Below, one piece after another: positions 28,402 to 45,249 of a stretch of DNA of 64,000 nucleotides. The notes under the pieces were generated by a model, which was given only the letters and a program-made list of their open reading frames with translations, was not told the DNA's origin and ran no database searches. A program made the translations under genes and the position numbers. Each line of letters opens with the position of its first letter. Position 1 is the stretch's first letter. The DNA comes from the human T2T-CHM13v2.0 reference genome, Homo sapiens: assembly GCF_009914755.1 (NCBI RefSeq), contig NC_060940.1. One strand, written 5' to 3'.

Positions 28402-29473
28402 AACACCAGCATCTTGCTCAATAAATTGAAGCCAGCTTTTTCAACAGAGAACATTATTAGAATGAAACTAGATGCAAGAACAGGAAAGTAAACACCTGTG
28501 TCATGTTCAACAAGACTGAACTACGGAGCAAAGAATCACACAGTGTTGCAAGATCTTGAACTGACTAGATGATAGGATTACAAAAACCACACAGCTATTG
28601 CTGGAAAATTATGTCATGCAGAGAACAGACTGGCACGATTACATATGTGGGTTTGTCCTACACAAATCAGACCTTTAAGTGAAACAAGTCTATCCAACCA
28701 TCTTCCCATAAAACCTAGTTTCTATGGAAAACAATCAATTAAGCTAAACCCCCACATTTTAGATGTATATTCATTTATAGAAGCCCAAAAGGACAGTGGG
28801 GTTACAAATAATTTTATATTTTAGATGCTTTCATAATTTAAAAAGTTAACATTACAATTTGTGTTACTAAAATGCAAAAACAGGATTGGCATGCTGCCTC
28901 ATGCCTGTAATCTGAACATTTTGGGAGGCTGAGGCAGGAGGACTTGAGCCCAGGAGTTCGAGCCCAGCCTAGGGAACACAGGGAAAACCCATCTCTACGC
29001 AAGACGTAAAAACTGGCCAGCTGTGATGGCATGCCCCTGTAGTCTGAGCTACTTGGGAGGCTGAGGTGGGAAGATCGCCTTGAGCCCAGGAAATTGAGGC
29101 TGGAGCTGTGATGACACTAGTGCACTCCAGCCTGGGGAACAGAGTAAGACCATCTCCCCCACTGCCCGCTACTCTCGCTACCAAAAAAACAGCAAAAGCA
29201 GGCTAGACTCCTCTAATTTCAGGGAGAGCTAGATGTTTTTTTTTTTCTCTTTTTTTCAGTTTTGCTCTGCCGCCCAGGCTGGAGTGCAGTGGTGTGATCT
29301 CAGCTCACTGCAACCTCCACCTCCCGGGTTAAAGTGATTCTCCTGCTTCAGCCTCCCAAGTAGCTGGGATTACAGGTGCCTCCCACCATGCCTGGCTAGT
29401 TTTTGTATTTTTAGTAGAGATGGGGTTTCACCATGTAAGCCAGGCTGGTCTCAGAACTCCTGGCCTCAAGTGA

Positions 29474-30382
<909 letters not shown>

Positions 30383-31599
30383 GGGTTACAGATGTAAGCC
30401 ACTGCATCTAGCACCCACATTATCTTTGAAAGCAGTTGAGTCTTTGGCATGCAAGAACATTCCTGCACTGCAGTGAATCTGTGAACTTACTACTACGGAT
30501 GCATACCAATTCACAACCAGTGAAAGGCCAAGTACCTAAAAAGGTGTTTACTGCCTCAGAATATACTTGACAATTGTGGAAACGTTAGCAATCTACTCTT
30601 CCAAGATTCCTTGGAGTTGTCATACATAAGCAAATCCATATGGACTGAGGAATAAGGAGGAAGAGGATAAGGCTTATGGAAGATAAATCATGTTCTTGCC
30701 TCCGGTAGGTAGGATTCAATTTAGTCCCTGTATAAATGACTCCATGTTAATTTCCCTTCCCATATGGATGCTAATCCAGTGACTCATAAGCTTAGACCAA
30801 CAAGCTCAGCATGAAAGCCAAGAAACTTCTGTTTCTCCTAAATTCCGTAGCCGACTCTCATACAGCGAGACCCTCACTGGGCCACTCTGGGAATGACTAC
30901 AAATGAATATGATGGAGTCCATGTGAATAATGGTTGAGCAGGTGAGGAAAAGGGTCACATCACAGACCTCAAGTCAGACCCACTGATTTGGAAAGCCAAC
31001 AGTATACTCAGAAGCAAAGCAATGTTATACTTTGTTTTTTCTGAGACAGAATCTCACACTGTCACCCAGGCTACAGCACAGTGGGGTGATCGTGGCTCAC
31101 TGGAGCCTCAACCTCTTGCGCTCACTTGATCCTTCCACCTCAGCCTCGTGAGGAGCTGGGAGCACAGATGCATGCCACCATGCCACACTAATTTTTTTTT
31201 TTCTTTTGTAGAGATGGGGTTTTACCAAGTTGCCCAGGCTAGTCTCAAACTCCTGGCCTCAAGCAATCCTCTCACCTTGGCTACCTAAAGTGCTGAACAA
31301 CCACAGAGAAGCACTCTATTTTTCCCTCTATTACATTAGCAAATACACAGAAGGACAATTTAGAAACAGATTATACCCAGGAACATATGTCAGGATTACT
31401 TATGGAGGTTTTATTATTTTTATTTATTTTTGAGACTGAGTCTTGCTCTGTCATCAGGCTGGAGTGCAGTGGCTCACTGCAACCTCCGCCTCCCAGGTTC
31501 AAGCAATTCTCCTGCCTCAGCCTCCCTAGTAGCTGGGATTACAGGTGTCCACCACCATGCCCAATTAATTTTTGTATTTTTGGTACAGACAGGGTTTCA

Positions 31600-31755
<156 letters not shown>

Positions 31756-31837
31756 TTACAAAGGCGGCCAGGATCTGAGTATTTCCAAAAAGCTCTGGAG
31801 GCAGCATTGAGGTTTCCTTCCAGTTGAATCACTGACT

Positions 31838-32164
31838 TTAGGTCGACTGGGGTACTTTGGGTTTTTTGGGCCATTTTTTGGGGGTGTGGGAAGCTTTTCT
31901 CACAGATTTACTAGGAGTGGTGAAAAACTTGGCCTCTGGCTTTTTTGGAGTCTGTCTCGCATCTTTTTTCCCCAGCGAAGGACTTTTTTCCTTCACTGCC
32001 TCTTCTTTGATTTTTGGCTTCTTCTCTGGGCTTTTCCCTGGGGTCTCAGACTCTGCAGCTTTTGGGGTCTCAGATGCTGGCAAAGCCTTTCTTTTCTTCC
32101 CACGAGGTGTGCTGGGATTAGGACTCTTTGCTGGAGACTTCTTTCCTGTGGCATGTTTTTGAAT
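31838..32164 (-). CDS. RSL1D1: RSL1D1 exon 9 coding part (IQKHATGKK...PKVPQST*)
   Basis: Acceptor TTAG| at 32164; 327 nt to TAA; Lys/Pro-rich tail. Confidence 0.97.
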   Translation of the reverse strand: MQKHATGKKSPAKSPNPSTPRGKKRKALPASETPKAAESETPGKSPEKKPKIKEEAVKEKSPSLGKKDARQTPKKPEAKFFTTPSKSVRKASHTPKKWPKKPKVPQST

Positions 32165-32355
32165 CTAAGAAAAAAAAAAGTAAGTTTAATATAGAAAAAG
32201 CCACAAAACCTGACACTCTAACTCCAGGAGTTACTGTTTTTATTTGTATTTATTTATTTTTCAGACTGAGTTTCGCTCTTGCTGCCCATGCTAGAGTGCA
32301 ATGGCACAATCTCAGTTCACTGCAACCTCTGCCTCCCGAGTAGCTGGTATTATAG

Positions 32356-32559
<204 letters not shown>

Positions 32560-32706
32560 TAACCCCCAAAAGGTACACCTCAGTATGATGACAGAAATAA
32601 GCTGTATTCCACTACTAAGAATGAGGTATAGGTGAGGTGGCTCATGCCTGTAATCCCAGCACTATGGAAGGCTGAGGCAGGTGGATTACTTGAGGCCAGG
32701 AGTTCA

Positions 32707-33476
<770 letters not shown>

Positions 33477-33742
33477 TCACACTTGTAATCCCAGCACTTT
33501 GGGAGGCCAAGGTGGGAAGACTGTTTTGACCCCCGGAGTGTAAGACCGGTCTGGGCAATATAGCAAGATCCCATCTAAAAAAAAAAAAAAAAAAGGTACA
33601 ATAAATCATGATATGATAACCACCTTCACAGTTCTTTGGGTTCACTCTAGTATTTTTCATCATTTATTGCTCAGCACAGTACCTGCCTGACACAGTAGCC
33701 ACTGAACCAATCCATTATGAACAGTAAATATTAAAACAATAC

Positions 33743-34033
33743 CTCTACTTTTTCATTAGCTGGAGTCTTCTTTCCTATTGGTACCAGCTGTGGGATTTCG
33801 TCTTCGGATTCATTTGTTGCTTTAACTTGGGCTTTTCCTCTGCCACGTTTTTTCTTCCCATGCTCTGGGGTCTGTTCCTTCTTTGATTCAGGTTTCTTCA
33901 CTGTAGTATCACCACTTTCAGGTGCCACATCATCTTTACTAAGAACTGATGCAGTCTTCCTAGCCTGCTGCCTCTTCTTCTTCCTCTCCTTTTGTTTTTC
34001 AAAATTTCTTTCTCTTCGTTTTCTCCTTGCCTC
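33743..34033 (-). CDS. RSL1D1: RSL1D1 exon 8 (EARRKRRE...PANEKVE)
   Basis: AG/GT boundaries, 291 nt, phase 0-0. Confidence 0.97.
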
Positions 34034-34799
34034 CTACCAAAAAACACCATACAAACATTTTAGCAGGAACAGTTCTGTTGGTTAACAAACGGCATAGATG
34101 TACCACGTGCAGTTTTGATTATCCATAAGCCCCTAAATGGACCTCGATCTATACAGAGAACAAACTCCCTAACCAGCACTGGAACCTCAACCGCAGTTTT
34201 TGACTCACAGCCAAACATGCATTTTATGCAGTAAATTATATACCGGCATTTCAGAATCTGACTATCTAAAGTATACAGTTAAGAGACTTTTGTGAAACAC
34301 AGTATGGTTTAGAGTGTAAAGAATAATACTCAGCTGGGCGCGGTGGCTCACGCCTGTAATCACAGCCCTCAGGGAGGCTGAGGCAGGAGGATCACTTGAG
34401 GTCAGGACTTCGAGATCAGCCTGGTAAACATGGTGAAACCCCATCTCTATTAAAACCACAAAAATTAGCTGGGCATGGTGATACGTGCCTGTAGTTCCAA
34501 CTACTCAGGAGGGTGAGGCACAGAGAATCATTTGAACCTGGAAGGCGGGGGGTTGTAGTGAGCTGAGATCATGCCACTGCACTTCAGCCTGGGCGACAGA
34601 GTGAAACTCTGTCTCAAAAACAAAATTAAAAATTCATTGGACACAATTAACATGGCTAAAGAGAGAAACACTAGGAGATCAGTCTAACAAATAGCAAAAA
34701 ATTAAATTTTCTCTCCTTCCGAAAGCTTCTTTTGCTAGAGTACGAGTAATACTGAAAACCTACAAACCAAGCTCAGGAGGTATCGGTGAGCATAACCTC

Positions 34800-35148
34800 C
34801 GACATCCAAATACATGCACATTAGGTGAACTGGTGTGTTGAAGTTATCCCAGTCCCAGTCCCAACGAATGTAGGTGTATGAGTTTGTCCTGTGATGAAAC
34901 AGCGCCTTTTCTAGGGTTGGCTCTTGCCTGTTACCCTTTTCCCTGAGCTATCAGGATTAAACTCCAGCCACCTACAACCGTGGATGGGAATAACTGGGTA
35001 AATAATTATGTCAATTCCTTTTATTACTGTTTCAAATGTATATATAGCTCACATTTATTTCAATGTTTAATATTTTAAATGTTTTGGTCTTTATTTAGAA
35101 GTATGGTGATGTTTCTATGACCGGAAATATGTGGTAGGAACTTAACTC
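34800..35148. mobile_element. MER6-like TcMar-Tigger fragment
   Basis: TATAGCTCACATTTATTTCAATGTTTAATATT...GGTCTTTATTTAGAAGT...GTAGGAACTTAACTC matches recalled MER6. Confidence 0.75.
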
Positions 35149-35561
35149 AGGCCCCCTCAAAAGCCAGTTAATCCAGGCCAGGCATAGTAGCTCATGCCTG
35201 TAATCCCAGCACTTTGGGAGCCCAAGGCAGGCGGATCGCTTGAGCTCAAGAATTCAAGATCAGCCTGGGAAACAGGGCGACCATGTGTGTACAAAAAATA
35301 ATTTAAAAATTAGCTGGGCATGGTGAAGCATGCCTGCAGTGCCAGCTACTCGGGAGGCTGAAACAGGATTGCTTGAGCTCAGGAGGTCAAGGCTGCCGTG
35401 AGCCTTGATCACGTCACTGTGCTCCAGCCTGGGGGACAGAGTGAGACCCTGTCTCTCTAAAAAAACCCAGCAAGCACTGGATCTAACAAAAATAAAAAAA
35501 AAATCCAATTTATCAATAAATACAAGATATTTCTATCTTAATGCGCATTACTAACATCAAC

Positions 35562-35627
35562 TACCTCATGTAAAGTGACAAAAGCATACCCATTTTACCT
35601 CATGTAAAGTGACAAAAGCACAACCAT
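35562..35627 (+). repeat. 34-bp period tandem duplication
   Basis: TACCTCATGTAAAGTGACAAAAGCA at 35562 and 35596. Confidence 0.9.
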
Positions 35628-35742
35628 CACAAAACCAGAAGATAACTGAAAAGTCGGGCAGCGATGATGGTCTACTTCTCTCCTAGTGACTGAATTTACA
35701 CCCTTCATTATTCATTCTGTAAGTATTTAAAATTCTACTAAC

Positions 35743-35868
35743 TTTTTTCTTCTTATTAAGCAAAGATCTTTTGGTGGCTTCATCCCAATTGCTGACAAAC
35801 GAGGAAAAGATGGGAAGTGCAGCCGATTTCTCAGTTTTCACAAACAGGAGTTTCACGCTCTCCCACTT
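35743..35868 (-). CDS. RSL1D1: RSL1D1 exon 7 (KWESVKLL...LNKKKK)
   Basis: AG/GT boundaries, 126 nt. Confidence 0.97.
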
Positions 35869-35954
35869 CTGAAACAAAGAAAAGAGTAACATCGTCTACA
35901 TATACTTTGTTTCTTTTAAATGAACAATCAATTGATGCACCTGTAATACTGTAC

Positions 35955-36048
35955 CTCTGGCAATTTTTCTGAAAGTCCTTTGGTGACAGCAACAATGTTT
36001 TCAATGATGTGCTCAATTTGCATTCCAACGTGACCAATACGTATAGCA
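35955..36048 (-). CDS. RSL1D1: RSL1D1 exon 6 (AIRIGHVG...SEKLPE)
   Basis: AG/GT boundaries, 94 nt. Confidence 0.97.
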
Positions 36049-36614
36049 CTGAAATTTAATATAGTATTAGACAAGATTTTAAAAAACCATTTTTCAAAAT
36101 AAACCAGGCAGGTATATGAGAAATATAAATACATAATCCTCAAGTTTTTCTTTTTCTTTTAAAAAGGTAGAAATATTAATCCCGGGCAACATGGCAAAAT
36201 CCTGTCTCTACCACACTAACAAAAATTAACTGGGCATGGTGGTACATGCCTGTAATCCCAGTTACTCAGGAGGCTGAGGCAGAAAAATCACCTGAGCCCA
36301 GGAGCTCAAGGCTACATACAGTGAGCCCAGATCTGGCGACTGCACTCCAGCCTGGGTAACAGGGAAAAACACAGTCTGAAAAAAAAAACAAAACAAAAAA
36401 ACAAACAAAAAAATCCCATTAAAATCTTTAGGTTCTAAATATATTTTATTTCATTTTTGAGACAGGGTTTTCCTGTCGCCCAGGCTGAAATGCAGTGGCA
36501 CAATCAATGTACTGGGCTTAAGTAATCCTTCCAACTCAGCCTCCGGAGTAGCTGGGACTACAGGTCACCCAGCTGATTTTTGTATTTTTTGTAGAGATGG
36601 GTTCTCACTCCTGA

Positions 36615-37354
<740 letters not shown>

Positions 37355-37727
37355 TGATCCACCTGCCACGGTCTCCCAAAGTGCTGGGATTACAAGCGTG
37401 AGCCACCATGCCCAGCCGAGGCAGTGATTAAAGAGCTGGTAGCACCTGACTGTGAGGTTAGGCGCATTGGGAGGCAGGGCCAGAGGAGGTTCTACCTTTA
37501 TCTTAGACAACCCCATGTCGCTGAGTCCGCCTTCAAGCTGTTCTAAAGGGACCTACCTCCAGGAGGGTCACCTGCTCTCTCTATAGTTCTACTGCTCTAC
37601 CCAGCCGCCATGTTCAAGAATAAATAGTTCTGTGGCTGGGCGTGGTGGCTCACGCCTGTAATCCCAGCACGTTGGGAGGCCAAGGTGGGCAGATCACGAG
37701 GTCAGGAGACCGAGACCATCCTGGTTA

Positions 37728-37986
<259 letters not shown>

Positions 37987-39307
37987 CTACGAGCAAGACC
38001 ATCCCTTCAGGTGAAACAGAGTGCAGGCAGAAGCCCAGTGGGAAGCCTGGAGGGCTCAGCGCTGGGGCCAGAAGGAAGTGAGCCAGAAGGAAGGCTCACT
38101 GTCGGCACAGTGTCTGCGGAATGAGGAATGAGACGGACTGTTGCTCCTCTCTCTCTTCAGCCAAAGACTGGGCACTGCCCACTCCCTGTGCCTGTCACCA
38201 CCTGCCTGCAAGCACACCTGAGCATCCCAGATGGAAAGATGGTGGGGGGGAAGAAGGGAGAGGAACAGAAGTGGAAGAGGAAAATAAATTCTTTTGCTGG
38301 GGAAAGGTAAGAGAGGAAATAAAGAATGATTTCTTTTTTTCTCAATTGTCTGCAACTTTCTTTAAGCTGTTGCTTTTGCCTTGGAAAATCCCCAGTGGCA
38401 GGAGACTGCTGCTCCTTTACCTGCCTTCATGGTACCATCTTCTTCTCCCAGATACTCATGGGTCCCATAAACAAGGCCTGAACTTCTAGCCAACCACTTC
38501 CATGAGCCACTACTTTGACATTAGCCTTTAACCAAAGGGGTAGGGGTCTAGGCTCCGTGACCAACTCTTCTAGGCTACTTCATTACACCTGATGAAGGGA
38601 TTCCCAGCAGCAGGCTAAAGACAACACCAGAGACCACCTGTCCTGCCCACCAGTACCCTGCTCTGCTCTACCTGGAGACACTCCCCTGGGGTCAGGCCTC
38701 CCTGGTGAGCAGAGGCAAGAAGTCTGTGTTGTTTTCTGCCGACTGTGTCCACTGGGTCTGCACGGCTCCTGGGGAATCTCTGGGTGGAAGGGCAGTGGCC
38801 TACAGCTCTGCCTTACTGGCAGCTAGCCATCTCCACACCGCAGTCAGCAAGTGCAGTACTTCATAAAATGTATTTTCAATACATTTAAAACCTGCCCTAC
38901 CTCCCCAAGCTGATACACTGCCAATAATACAAACTTAAGTCACTTCTCAGCCTAATAAAATAGCCTGAACCGCATCCTTTGCTCAGCCAGAGGTTGGAAG
39001 CAATCACTGCCCTAAAACATCTGTTCTAGTAGGTAAGACTAGGTGTGGGGGCTCCGCCTAGCTCAGTATCCAGGGTAAGGTTAAACCAATATGACAACAC
39101 ACACACCAAATAGGCAGATGAACAGGATAAGTGCTGAATTCATTTAATAGGAAGTTAAACCAAGAATGAGGTGGATCTTCACGTTAAGGGGTAATATGGT
39201 GCTTTTAAAGGACAATCTGAGGCCAGGTGTGGTGGGTCACGCCTATAATCTCAACACTTTTGGAGGCCAGGACAGGAGGACCGGTTTTGTCTAGGGGTTC
39301 AAGTCTA

Positions 39308-39493
<186 letters not shown>

Positions 39494-39564
39494 TCAAAGC
39501 CTAGAACTAGTCATGTTCTCCAAGCATTCATCTTACTCTCCTTGCTTTTCTTAGTATCTGGAGC

Positions 39565-39757
39565 TGCCCCGTCCAATGCAGTGACCATCAGCCACTAGCC
39601 ACATGTGCCTATTTTAAATTAACTAAAAATTCAGCTTCTAACACAGTAGCCACATTTCAAGTGCTCAATAGCTACATACAAATAGTGCCTACTGTATGAG
39701 ACAGCACAGATGCAGGCCATTTCCATCACAGTAGAAAGTGCTATCAGACAACATTGT
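39565..39757 (-). mobile_element. MER3 hAT-Charlie MITE
   Basis: AGCCACTAGCCACATGTG...GCCACATTTCAAGTGCTCAATAGC...CATTTCCATCACAGTAGAAAGT. Confidence 0.8.
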
Positions 39758-40254
39758 TCTAGAGAACTGAACTTTTTTTTTTTTTCATTTAAAGACAGTC
39801 TTGCTCTGTCATTCAGACTGGAGAACAGTGACAAGAACATGGCTCACTGCAGTCTTGACCTTCTAGGCTCAAGTGATCCTCCTGCCACAGCCTCCTGTGT
39901 AGCTGGGAGCACAGGGATGCACCACCACACCTGACTAATGTTCTTGATTTTTCTGTAATTGGCTGGGGGAGAGGGTCTCATTATGTTGCCCAAGCTGGTC
40001 TTGCACTCCTGGGCTCAAGCGATCCTCCTGCCTAGGCCTCCCAAAGTGCTGGGATTACAGGCATAAGCCACTGCACCTGACCCGAGAATTGATCACTTCT
40101 GAGGAATAGATTTTAGTTTTAAAAAAGGATCTGGAGCCATTAACAAAATCTTTTTAAAAAGGCCAGGTGCAGTGGCTCACGCCTGTAATCCCAGCACTTT
40201 GGGAGGCCAAGGCGGGCGGATCATGAGGTCAGGAGATCGAGATCATCCTGGCTA

Positions 40255-40542
<288 letters not shown>

Positions 40543-40550
40543 TTACCTAC

Positions 40551-40652
40551 CTGCAAGAACCACTTTTAGAAATGTTTAAGACCGTTCCACCTATACAGTC
40601 ATTGATCTCTCTTGATAAATTCTTGGACAGAAGGTTTACAGATACTGGAACT
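40551..40652 (-). CDS. RSL1D1: RSL1D1 exon 5 (VPVSVNLL...SKSGSC)
   Basis: AG/GT boundaries, 102 nt. Confidence 0.97.
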
Positions 40653-40744
40653 CTACAAAATAAACACACAGGCATTCAGAACACAATGCATACACACCTA
40701 GAAGCTTCATGCTGCTAAAGTCCAGTCATTACTAAGAAACTTAC

Positions 40745-40893
40745 TTCTTTCTTTGATAGAAATGTCTCCCAATGAGTGAGGGTAAGAGCCGCCTAATTCT
40801 GGCATCAGTAAGGAAGAAATCAAAACTGCTCAGAAGGCGGAGCTTGGCTTCATAGGATTTATATTCCTTCTTTAGAGTTTGGAGGGAGATAAT
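40745..40893 (-). CDS. RSL1D1: RSL1D1 exon 4 (IISLQTLK...HFYQRK)
   Basis: AG/GT boundaries, 149 nt; ribosomal L1-domain motif [10 protein letters not shown]. Confidence 0.97.
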
Positions 40894-41261
40894 CTAGGAA
40901 GTATAGAGAAGAATAAAAACAAGAAGTTAGGAATCTAAACAAGGAGAAGAAATACTCAGGCAACAATTTGGATTTGGATTTAAAAATGTCCTAGAGCCAT
41001 GCCTCTATACTTTAATGAACATTTGAGGGCCTAAAATGTGCCAGGCACTACGCTACATGCTGGGAACACTGAGACAAATGAGAAAAGACCCCAGCTAAAG
41101 CAACTTAGATCTAGGTGGGCAACATATATATATTATTATACATATGTTGCTGTATGTGCTCACGCCTGTAATACTAGCCCTTTGGGAGGCCGAGGTGGGT
41201 GGATCACCTGAGCTCAGGAATTCAAGACCAGCCTGGCCAACATGGTGAAACCTCGTCTCTA

Positions 41262-41435
<174 letters not shown>

Positions 41436-41717
41436 TTAGATACCTTAGATCCAGAGGGTAATAAAGACAAGTACACCAACTACAAAACAGCAAATCAGAG
41501 AAAAACAAGATGCTGTGGAAGTACAGAGGAATGACACGAGCCACCTCTTTTATAATTTGCAAGATATAAAAGCTACTGATGTACACGCCACCACAAATTA
41601 AATTAAAAAGAGAAAAGTAGAAGAAAAATACTAGGAAATATAGCAATGTATTTGTGATACCATTTCGCCTGAATTAAATCCTCTAAATAACTTGAAAATA
41701 TTAACCAGGCTTCCTAC

Positions 41718-41856
41718 CTGAGAAACGGTTTTAATTCCATGCTTGTTTAAAAGCTTTCTATAAAACTGTTCTGTCTTTTCAGGAGTTGAATTGGGTTCAT
41801 CCTTCGTAAATAAACAGATATCTTCTGAATCTGATCGAATACTATGAGGCAAGGTC
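41718..41856 (-). CDS. RSL1D1: RSL1D1 exon 3 (TLPHSIRS...IKTVSQ)
   Basis: AG/GT boundaries, 139 nt. Confidence 0.97.
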
Positions 41857-42146
41857 CTACAAAATACGTGAAAAGAAACCGAGGAAAGCATTATTACACA
41901 CATTATGCATGTTTGTATCACACAGAATACGCGATAAACTTAGTGTTATTTAAATAACTTTTAGTCATGCTAGTTAAGCAAATAATGCACCAAGAACAAC
42001 ACTTAAAAATACATTTCATGGCCGGTAGTAGTGGCTCAAGCCTGTAATCCCACACTTTAGGGAGGCCAAGGCAGATGGATCACCTGAGGTCAGGAGTTCA
42101 AGACCAGCCTGGCCAACATGGTGAAACCCTGTTTCTACTAAAATTA

Positions 42147-42374
<228 letters not shown>

Positions 42375-44329
42375 TCAATTAACACTTGGGATACAACAAG
42401 AATTAAAATATACTTAAAGACTTCCAAATGCTTGCATATATAATTATTATACATATGTTGCTGTATGTGCACACGTACTGTAATGCGCTATAAAAACCTA
42501 GCTTAATCAGGACAGGCCTGGTTCAGAATTTTACCTTCTTTAAAACTCTTAGCTCCATAAACATAATAACTCTTTCTTCTTTTCCTTTTTTTGAGACAGG
42601 GTTTTGCTCAGTACCCAAGGCTGCAGTGCAGTGGTGTGATCATAGCTCACGATAGCCTCCAGCATAGCTGAGACTCCAGGCACGTACCAGTTGGGTGTAG
42701 GCCCAGCTAATTTTTGTATTTTTCGTAGAGACAGGGTTTCGCCACATAGCCTGGGCTGGTCTTGAATTTGTGGGCTCAAGCAATCCACCTGCCTCAGCCT
42801 CCCAAACTGCTGAGATTACAGTGTGAGCCACCACACTCAGCCAACATAACTTTTTTTTTTTTTTTTTGAGATGGGAGTCTCACTGTCGCCCAGGCTGGAG
42901 TCTCTGCAACCTCTGCCTCCTGGGTTCAAATGATTCTTGCACTTCAGCCTCCCAAACAGCTGGGATTACAGACGCCCACCATCATGTCTGGCTAATTTTT
43001 GTATTTTTAGGAGACATGGGATTTCGCCATGTTGGGTCAGGATGATCTCAAACTCCCAGGCCTCAAATGATCCACCCACCTCACCTCCCAAAGTGCTGAG
43101 ATTACAGGGATGAGTCAACATGCCCAGCATAACATAACTTTTAAGAATTGAAACAGCCCAGGCATGGAGGCTCATGCCTGTAATCCCAACACTTTGGGAG
43201 ACTGAGAGGGAGGACTGCTTGAGCCTGAGTTCGAGACCAGCCTGGAGAACACAGTGAAACCTCATCTCCACAAAGATTTCAAAATTAGCTAGGCATGGTG
43301 GTGTGCACCTGTAGTCCCAGCTACTTGGAAGGCTGAGGTGGGAGGATCACTTGAGTCAGGTCAGGGAGGTTGAGGTTGCAGTGAACACAGATCTCACTAT
43401 TGTACTCCAGCTGGGCAACAGCGCAAGATCTCGTCTCTTAAAAAAAAAAAAAAAAGGAGAGATAAAAGAATCGAAACCAAAAACATGGACTAAACCAAGA
43501 GGGACCAGCAAACACAATTATGCCACATCTTACAGAAAATAAAATACAAGGGTTTAACTCATTTCTTATGCTTACAACCTATGTTCTGAAGAAGCATTCT
43601 GTATAATCACCATGGATTTCTTTTCCATAGACAGAAATTCACTGCAGTTTTTAATAGTCTCTGTACAAAGGAATAAATTGTAGCCCCAAAGAATTTTTGC
43701 TTGACATGGAAAGATAACAGTTTCTAATAAAAAAATAAAATAAAATAAAGCTGTTTAACTTATTCCACCTTTATTCTTTCGAACACCACGTTTTCGATTC
43801 AACAGACCTGATTACGTTAGCTGTCCACCAAGCTCTAAGAAAACTGGTGAAATTTCTAGAAAATTTTAGCACATCTGAATTTCTACGGTTCTTTTATTTT
43901 TTATTATTTTTTATTTTTTTGAGACAGAGTCTTGCTCTGTCGCCTAGGCTGGAGTGCAATGGAGACATCTCCGCTCACTGCCACTCTCCTGCCTCAGCCT
44001 CCCGAGTAGCTGAGATTACAGGCACCCGCCATCATGCCTGGCTAATTTTTGTATTTTTGGAGAGACAGGGTTTTACCATGTTGGCCAGGCTGGTTTTGAA
44101 CTCCCGACCTCAGGTGATCCGTCCACCTCGGCCTCCCAAAGTGCTGGGATTACAGGTGTGAGCCACCACATCAAGCCTCTATGGTTCTTTTGGACATAGT
44201 TGTTTTACTTCACGTCAGATTTTTATTATAAGTTTGCAAAGTTTCCATTAGTAACCATGATGCAATTGTTCGAGTTACAAAGAATAAACACACAGATAAA
44301 AACAGCAAAGGTAGAAAATCACAACTTAC

Positions 44330-44469
44330 AATCTGACCCTCAGTTCTTTACTTGGAATTTTCCATAATACCACCATTAAAAATAAACTTTCATTCTCATT
44401 CAAAAGCAACCCATAATTGTTTTTCCTGGACTTGCAATGCGTCAAGAGAGCGTCCACTGCCTTTCTAAC
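44330..44469 (-). CDS. RSL1D1: RSL1D1 exon 2 (VRKAVDAL...KELRVR)
   Basis: AG/GT boundaries, 140 nt. Confidence 0.97.
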
Positions 44470-45039
44470 CTGCAAAGTGGAAATTAGACAAATAAGTGAA
44501 ATGTTTTCACAATAACTTACACAAATAAATGAAATGTTCTCAATCTAATTTAGCATTTGCCCCCTCCCACACCTTCTATTTTTTCCCTTCCAACTTCTAT
44601 TTCAAGGGGTAACCTCCATAACCGTATCTATTAGGATCCTGCAGTTTATATTCACAGAAATCTAAGAATCCATCAAACATGCCTAAGTACCCACTTCCAG
44701 TACTGTGTGCAGAAGGGCACCTCTTCTACTTAAAGAGATTGGGCTAGAGGGAAACGTGCCCCTCCTGCCCTCAATGATGAAAGCAGTAATCCCAGGAAAA
44801 ACGCAAAGCAAAATGCATTTAGCATTTACTGAGAACTCCTGGCAATTCTCCTGCCTCAGCTTCCCGAGTAGCTGAGATTACAGGCGCCCGCCACCACGCC
44901 CAGCTAATTTTTGTATTTTTAGTAGAGACGGGGTTTCACCATGTTGGCCAGGCTGGTATCGAACTCCTGACCTCAGGTGATCCACCCGCCTCGGCCTCCA
45001 AAAGTGCTGGGATTACAGGCGTGAGCCACCGCGCCCGGC

Positions 45040-45220
45040 CTACTGAGCACCTTCTTACCATGTACCAGGCCAAAGCGCTTTACACTCATTACCTCTCCCG
45101 ATCCTGGATAACGGGGAGCCGAAGGGCCCACTTTAAATAACGGGTAACAGACCTGCAAAACTAAGCGATTCGGTCAAGCGCTAATGATAGGGAAGCTAAG
45201 CCAGGTCGCCAGGTCTATCT
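45040..45220. mobile_element. MIR fragment in RSL1D1 intron 1
   Basis: TACTGAGCACC...ATGTACCAGGC...GCGCTTTACACTCATTACCTC...CCCACTTTA pattern. Confidence 0.55.
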
Positions 45221-45249
45221 CATCTAGCTCCACAGCACACTTGCAACCC

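Noticed and set aside
31857-32194. Plus-strand Phe/Leu-rich ORFs
   Set aside because: Antisense shadow of the Lys-rich RSL1D1 exon 9.
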